From Squalus acanthias (lineage: Eukaryota), in contig CM059432.1 in assembly GCA_030390025.1 (NCBI GenBank), forward strand, positions 93,312,001-93,376,000: DNA of 64,000 nucleotides. The letters are read 5' to 3'. This document shows positions 60,876 to 64,000 of the stretch, piece by piece. Within the stretch, counting starts at the first letter, position 1. Every line of letters begins with the position of its first letter. The position numbers were made by a program, and so were the translations under genes. The notes below the pieces were generated by a model. That model was given only the letters and a program-made list of their open reading frames with translations, ran no database searches and had not been told where the DNA came from.

Positions 60876-62537
60876 CCCGAGGGGGTTTATCGTTCACAGC
60901 CGAACACACGCAAGTGAAATGCGAAAACCGGCGTGTTGAGGCCAGTTTCCCGACGCGCTGTCAATTTCAGCGCATTTAACCACCCACCCGCTCCCAAACC
61001 CACTCACTCTTTCCTGTTACAATTCCAGCCAAGAACTCTTAACTCCCCACTCAAGGTAGGGGAGCTTGGTTGACACTCAAAGCTGGGTATCCAACTCATA
61101 TTCTCCTGAATAAATGTCCAATATCAGGCGGCCCCAATGAATGTCTTGATTTTGCAACCCTTCTTTTTTTTTAAAAAGAATCCCTTTTCTTTAGGCCTTC
61201 AAAAATACCCTGGTATGACTCACCCTCAGACCCTCACTTTGGGAAAGCACCTGGTTTCCATTTGATATTCCCCATGATTGAGATTGCTATTCAGAGAATT
61301 GTAGGACTTGTTTATAATTGCAATAGGACAAAACCAGCTGATAGCACGATGGAACACTACAACACAACACTGCAGATACATTTTTATAGTGCAATCAATG
61401 AAAAAGTACAGAGAGGTCACATTGTTCATGCTCCAGTCTTACAGTGCAAGCTGTGATTCAGGGAGTACTTCGTTTCCTTTTATTATCTTGCCACGAGCTT
61501 CAAATAATTCCATTTTATCTTGAAAGCTTACAATTCTAACACAAGCTCAGTTTAAATAACAAATCCCGCACACTTCTACTGATTGCATAAATCATTTTGC
61601 AAAAGGTATTGCTACAAGTGCTAGTTTTATTCCCTTCATAAATATGGTCATAATAATTTAAGTAAGGATTCAAAATGCAAAGCTACCGGAAAAATCTTGA
61701 AGAATGCTGTCTCTGGCTGTGACTGCAGCGATTTCTAATATTAAGTATTATGTAGCATAGGGACAGAAGGAAATAGGAACCAGATTCACAAAAATCATCG
61801 TATGCCTTTTCTACAAAAAATTCCTTTTATTGCTTTTTAGTTAACATATTGATCTACGATCTGGCTGAGACGGTTCCACAGGAGAGGAAGTAAAAAAGAA
61901 ACTTTCCTTACCATTTCTTCAGTGACGTCCCTCAGTCCCTGTAGAACTGGAAAAACGCACGCTCCCAACTAGTTTTTCCACAAGGCGCAGGACCCTTCTT
62001 TGCATATTTAAGTTGATCCAATGCTGCTTCCACGCAACTGCCAGGGAGGCCTAAAAACAGCAAGGACCAATATGGTGGCGGCCATGCCGCTGGTGCAGAT
62101 TGGACACAAGACCTCGCGGCCAGAAGTATACGTTGCGCCCATTTTACACCCGGAAAACGTATACCAACTTCTACCCCAATATAACTAATGCCTCCATCAT
62201 CGTTGGTCCAAAACAAAGAACATAAATCCTCTGTTTTTCACCCAGTCATCTTGGGAGAACTGTTCCAGCTATTGTCAGACTGAAGTTCAGCAGTAATCTG
62301 AAAATTACACCACGTTCCAAATAGTAAGTCTAAAGTGCTACTCTTTTAAGGTGTCCAAACTGAGAATGTGTGTGTCACATCACTGTTTAGGTTTTATACT
62401 ATGTATAGGAAAAACTTTGAATTGTCACTATAATATGATCTCTAAATGCAGTCATCCAGCAATCCAGTTTGTTTGAAAAAAGTGAATGTTATTTAAACCA
62501 GTAGCTTTTCTGATGCTCGCTGAGCTTGTGCAGTATG

Positions 62538-62970
62538 TTTTGTTTAATTCATTCATGGGATGTGGGCATCGCTGGCAAGGCCAGCATTTATTGCCCATCC
62601 CCAGTTGCCCTTGAGAAGGTGGTGGCGCCTTCTTGAACTGCTGCAGTCCATGTGTTGATACTTTGTAGCAGTTTTTTTTGGTACAATGGAGTGGCTTGCT
62701 AGGCCAATTCAGAGGGCAGTTAAGGGTCAACCACATTGCTGTGGGTCTGGAGTCACATACAAGAAAGACTGGGTAAGGACAACAGAGTTCCTTCCCTAAA
62801 GGACATTAGTGAACCAGATGGGTGTTTATGACAATCCAGTAGATTCATGGTCACCATTATTGATACTAGCTTTTTATTCCAGATTTATTTTAATTAATCC
62901 ATCGTGGGATTTGAACTCATGTCTCCGGATCATTAGTCCAGGCCTCTAGGATTACTAGTCCAGTAACCAT
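62538..62970 (-). mobile_element. tRNA-derived SINE (family of 3633), with 3' tail
   Basis: Reverse complement matches 3633-3908. Confidence 0.75.
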
Positions 62971-63132
62971 TCCCCATAGGCACAACCATACTCATCTCTT
63001 CATAATAGCTTTATTACATTAAGGAATGTTATACCACAATGCAGTATAACAGATGGGGTTGTATAAACAACTGGGAAATATAATATTTACACAATCCACC
63101 TTTTCTTCACATTTAACAAGGAGTATGGCGAT

Positions 63133-63384
63133 AGCAAAACAAATACGTTGTGAAATAAAAACAGAAAATGTTGGAAATACTCAGCAGGTCAGACAGCATC
63201 TGTAGAGAGAGAAACAGAGTTAACGTTTCAGGTCGATGACCTTTCGTCAGAACTGGAAAAAGCTGGAGATGTAACAGTTTTTTAAGCAAGTGTAGGGGCA
63301 GGGAAAGGGGGGAGGGGAGGAAAGAACAAAAGGGAAGGTCTGTGATAGGATGGAAGGCAGGAGAGATTAAGAGACAAAAGGGAT
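63133..63384 (-). mobile_element. PLE 3'-terminal fragment, longer than the other copies
   Basis: Shares the terminal unit and extends about 130 bp beyond the hammerhead motif. Confidence 0.75.
63218..63254 (-). ncRNA. Minimal type I hammerhead ribozyme motif (best copy, predicted)
   Basis: AGTT CTGACGA A AGGTC ATC GACCT GAA ACGT T AACT. Perfect 4-bp stem I, perfect 5-bp stem II, conserved CUGANGA and GAAA boxes, palindromic ACGU in place of stem III. Confidence 0.65.
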
Positions 63385-63720
63385 ATAGGCATCAACGATA
63401 TAGGTAAAAAACGGGATGAGGTCCTAAAAGCAGAATATAGGGAGTTAGGAGGTAAATTAAAAAAGAGGACCTCAAAGGTAGTAATCTCAGGATTGCTACC
63501 AGTGCCACGTGCTAGTCAGAGTAGAAATAGGAGGATATTTCAAATGAATACGTGGCTAGAGGAATGGTGCAAGGGGGAGGGATTCAAATTCCTTGGACAT
63601 TGGAACTGGTTCTGGGGGAGGTGGGACCAGTACAAACGGGACGGTCTGCACCTGGGCAGGGCCGGGACCGATGTCCTAGGGGGAGTGTTTGCTAGTGCTG
63701 TTGGGGAGGGTTTAAACTAA
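63385..63720 (+). pseudogene. CR1 ORF1 fragment, SGNH/GDSL esterase domain
   Basis: In-frame IGINDIG...VVISGLLPVP...RDGLHL...GEGLN*, with GxND and DxxH motifs typical of CR1 ORF1 esterases. Confidence 0.85.
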
Positions 63721-63907
63721 AGTGGCAGGGGGTTGGGAACCTGAGCAGGGAGACAGAGGAAAGGGAAATAAGGATAAAAGCTAAAGACAGGAAGGAGAAA
63801 AACAAAAGTAGAAGGCAAAGAACTCAACGGTTTAAATCAAACATGGTCACAGTAAATAATAATTCATATAGGTCTGAGAGCGTTAAAAAAACAAGCCTGA
63901 AGGCTTT

Positions 63908-64000
63908 GGGGTAAAAATTCACTTGGTTGCGCCACCCGTTAGCGCCTTAAGAGGGCGCTAATGGGGCGCAAAGCCGCTAACGCCCGGGCGCAGCGATGTT
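63908..64000. mobile_element. Left end of a Harbinger-like MITE (family of 12457), running off the window
   Basis: CCCGTTAGCGCCTTAAGAGGGCGCTAATGGGGCGCAAAGC aligns with about 12485-12550. Confidence 0.8.

Larger units (their letters stand above)
56312..61030. mobile_element. Degenerate two-gene PIF/Harbinger transposon (copy 2, different subfamily)
   Basis: Same convergent Myb plus transposase layout as copy 1. Right end AATTCCAGCC. Left end GAGCCGGAACTT is degenerate, so the boundary is uncertain. Confidence 0.85.

Overview
Vertebrate, repeat-rich DNA, almost certainly from a cartilaginous fish (shark), judged by HE1/V-domain SINE, Deu-domain SINEs and abundant CR1 and L2 LINEs. The only host gene I can support is ZNF704 on the minus strand. 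It has a first coding exon at 27775-28035 in a CpG-rich region and a second coding exon at 1715-1962, with the gene continuing past position 1. The ~26 kb intron and ~35 kb upstream region hold two degenerate two-gene PIF/Harbinger transposons (spliced Myb/SANT gene convergent with a HARBI1-like DDE transposase). They also hold many Harbinger-like non-autonomous elements, CR1/L2 fragments, two solo LTRs, three minisatellite families and a tRNA-Ile(AAT) pseudogene. The most notable signal is a family of short Penelope-derived elements, two of them palindromic and two with 14-17 bp target duplications, that carry minimal hammerhead ribozyme motifs. Other points of interest are a shared Harbinger target-site motif and promoter cassette, a four-level nested insertion, and a VNTR whose variants are the decay series of a single CpG. 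All family assignments are by eye and from memory; no database search was run.
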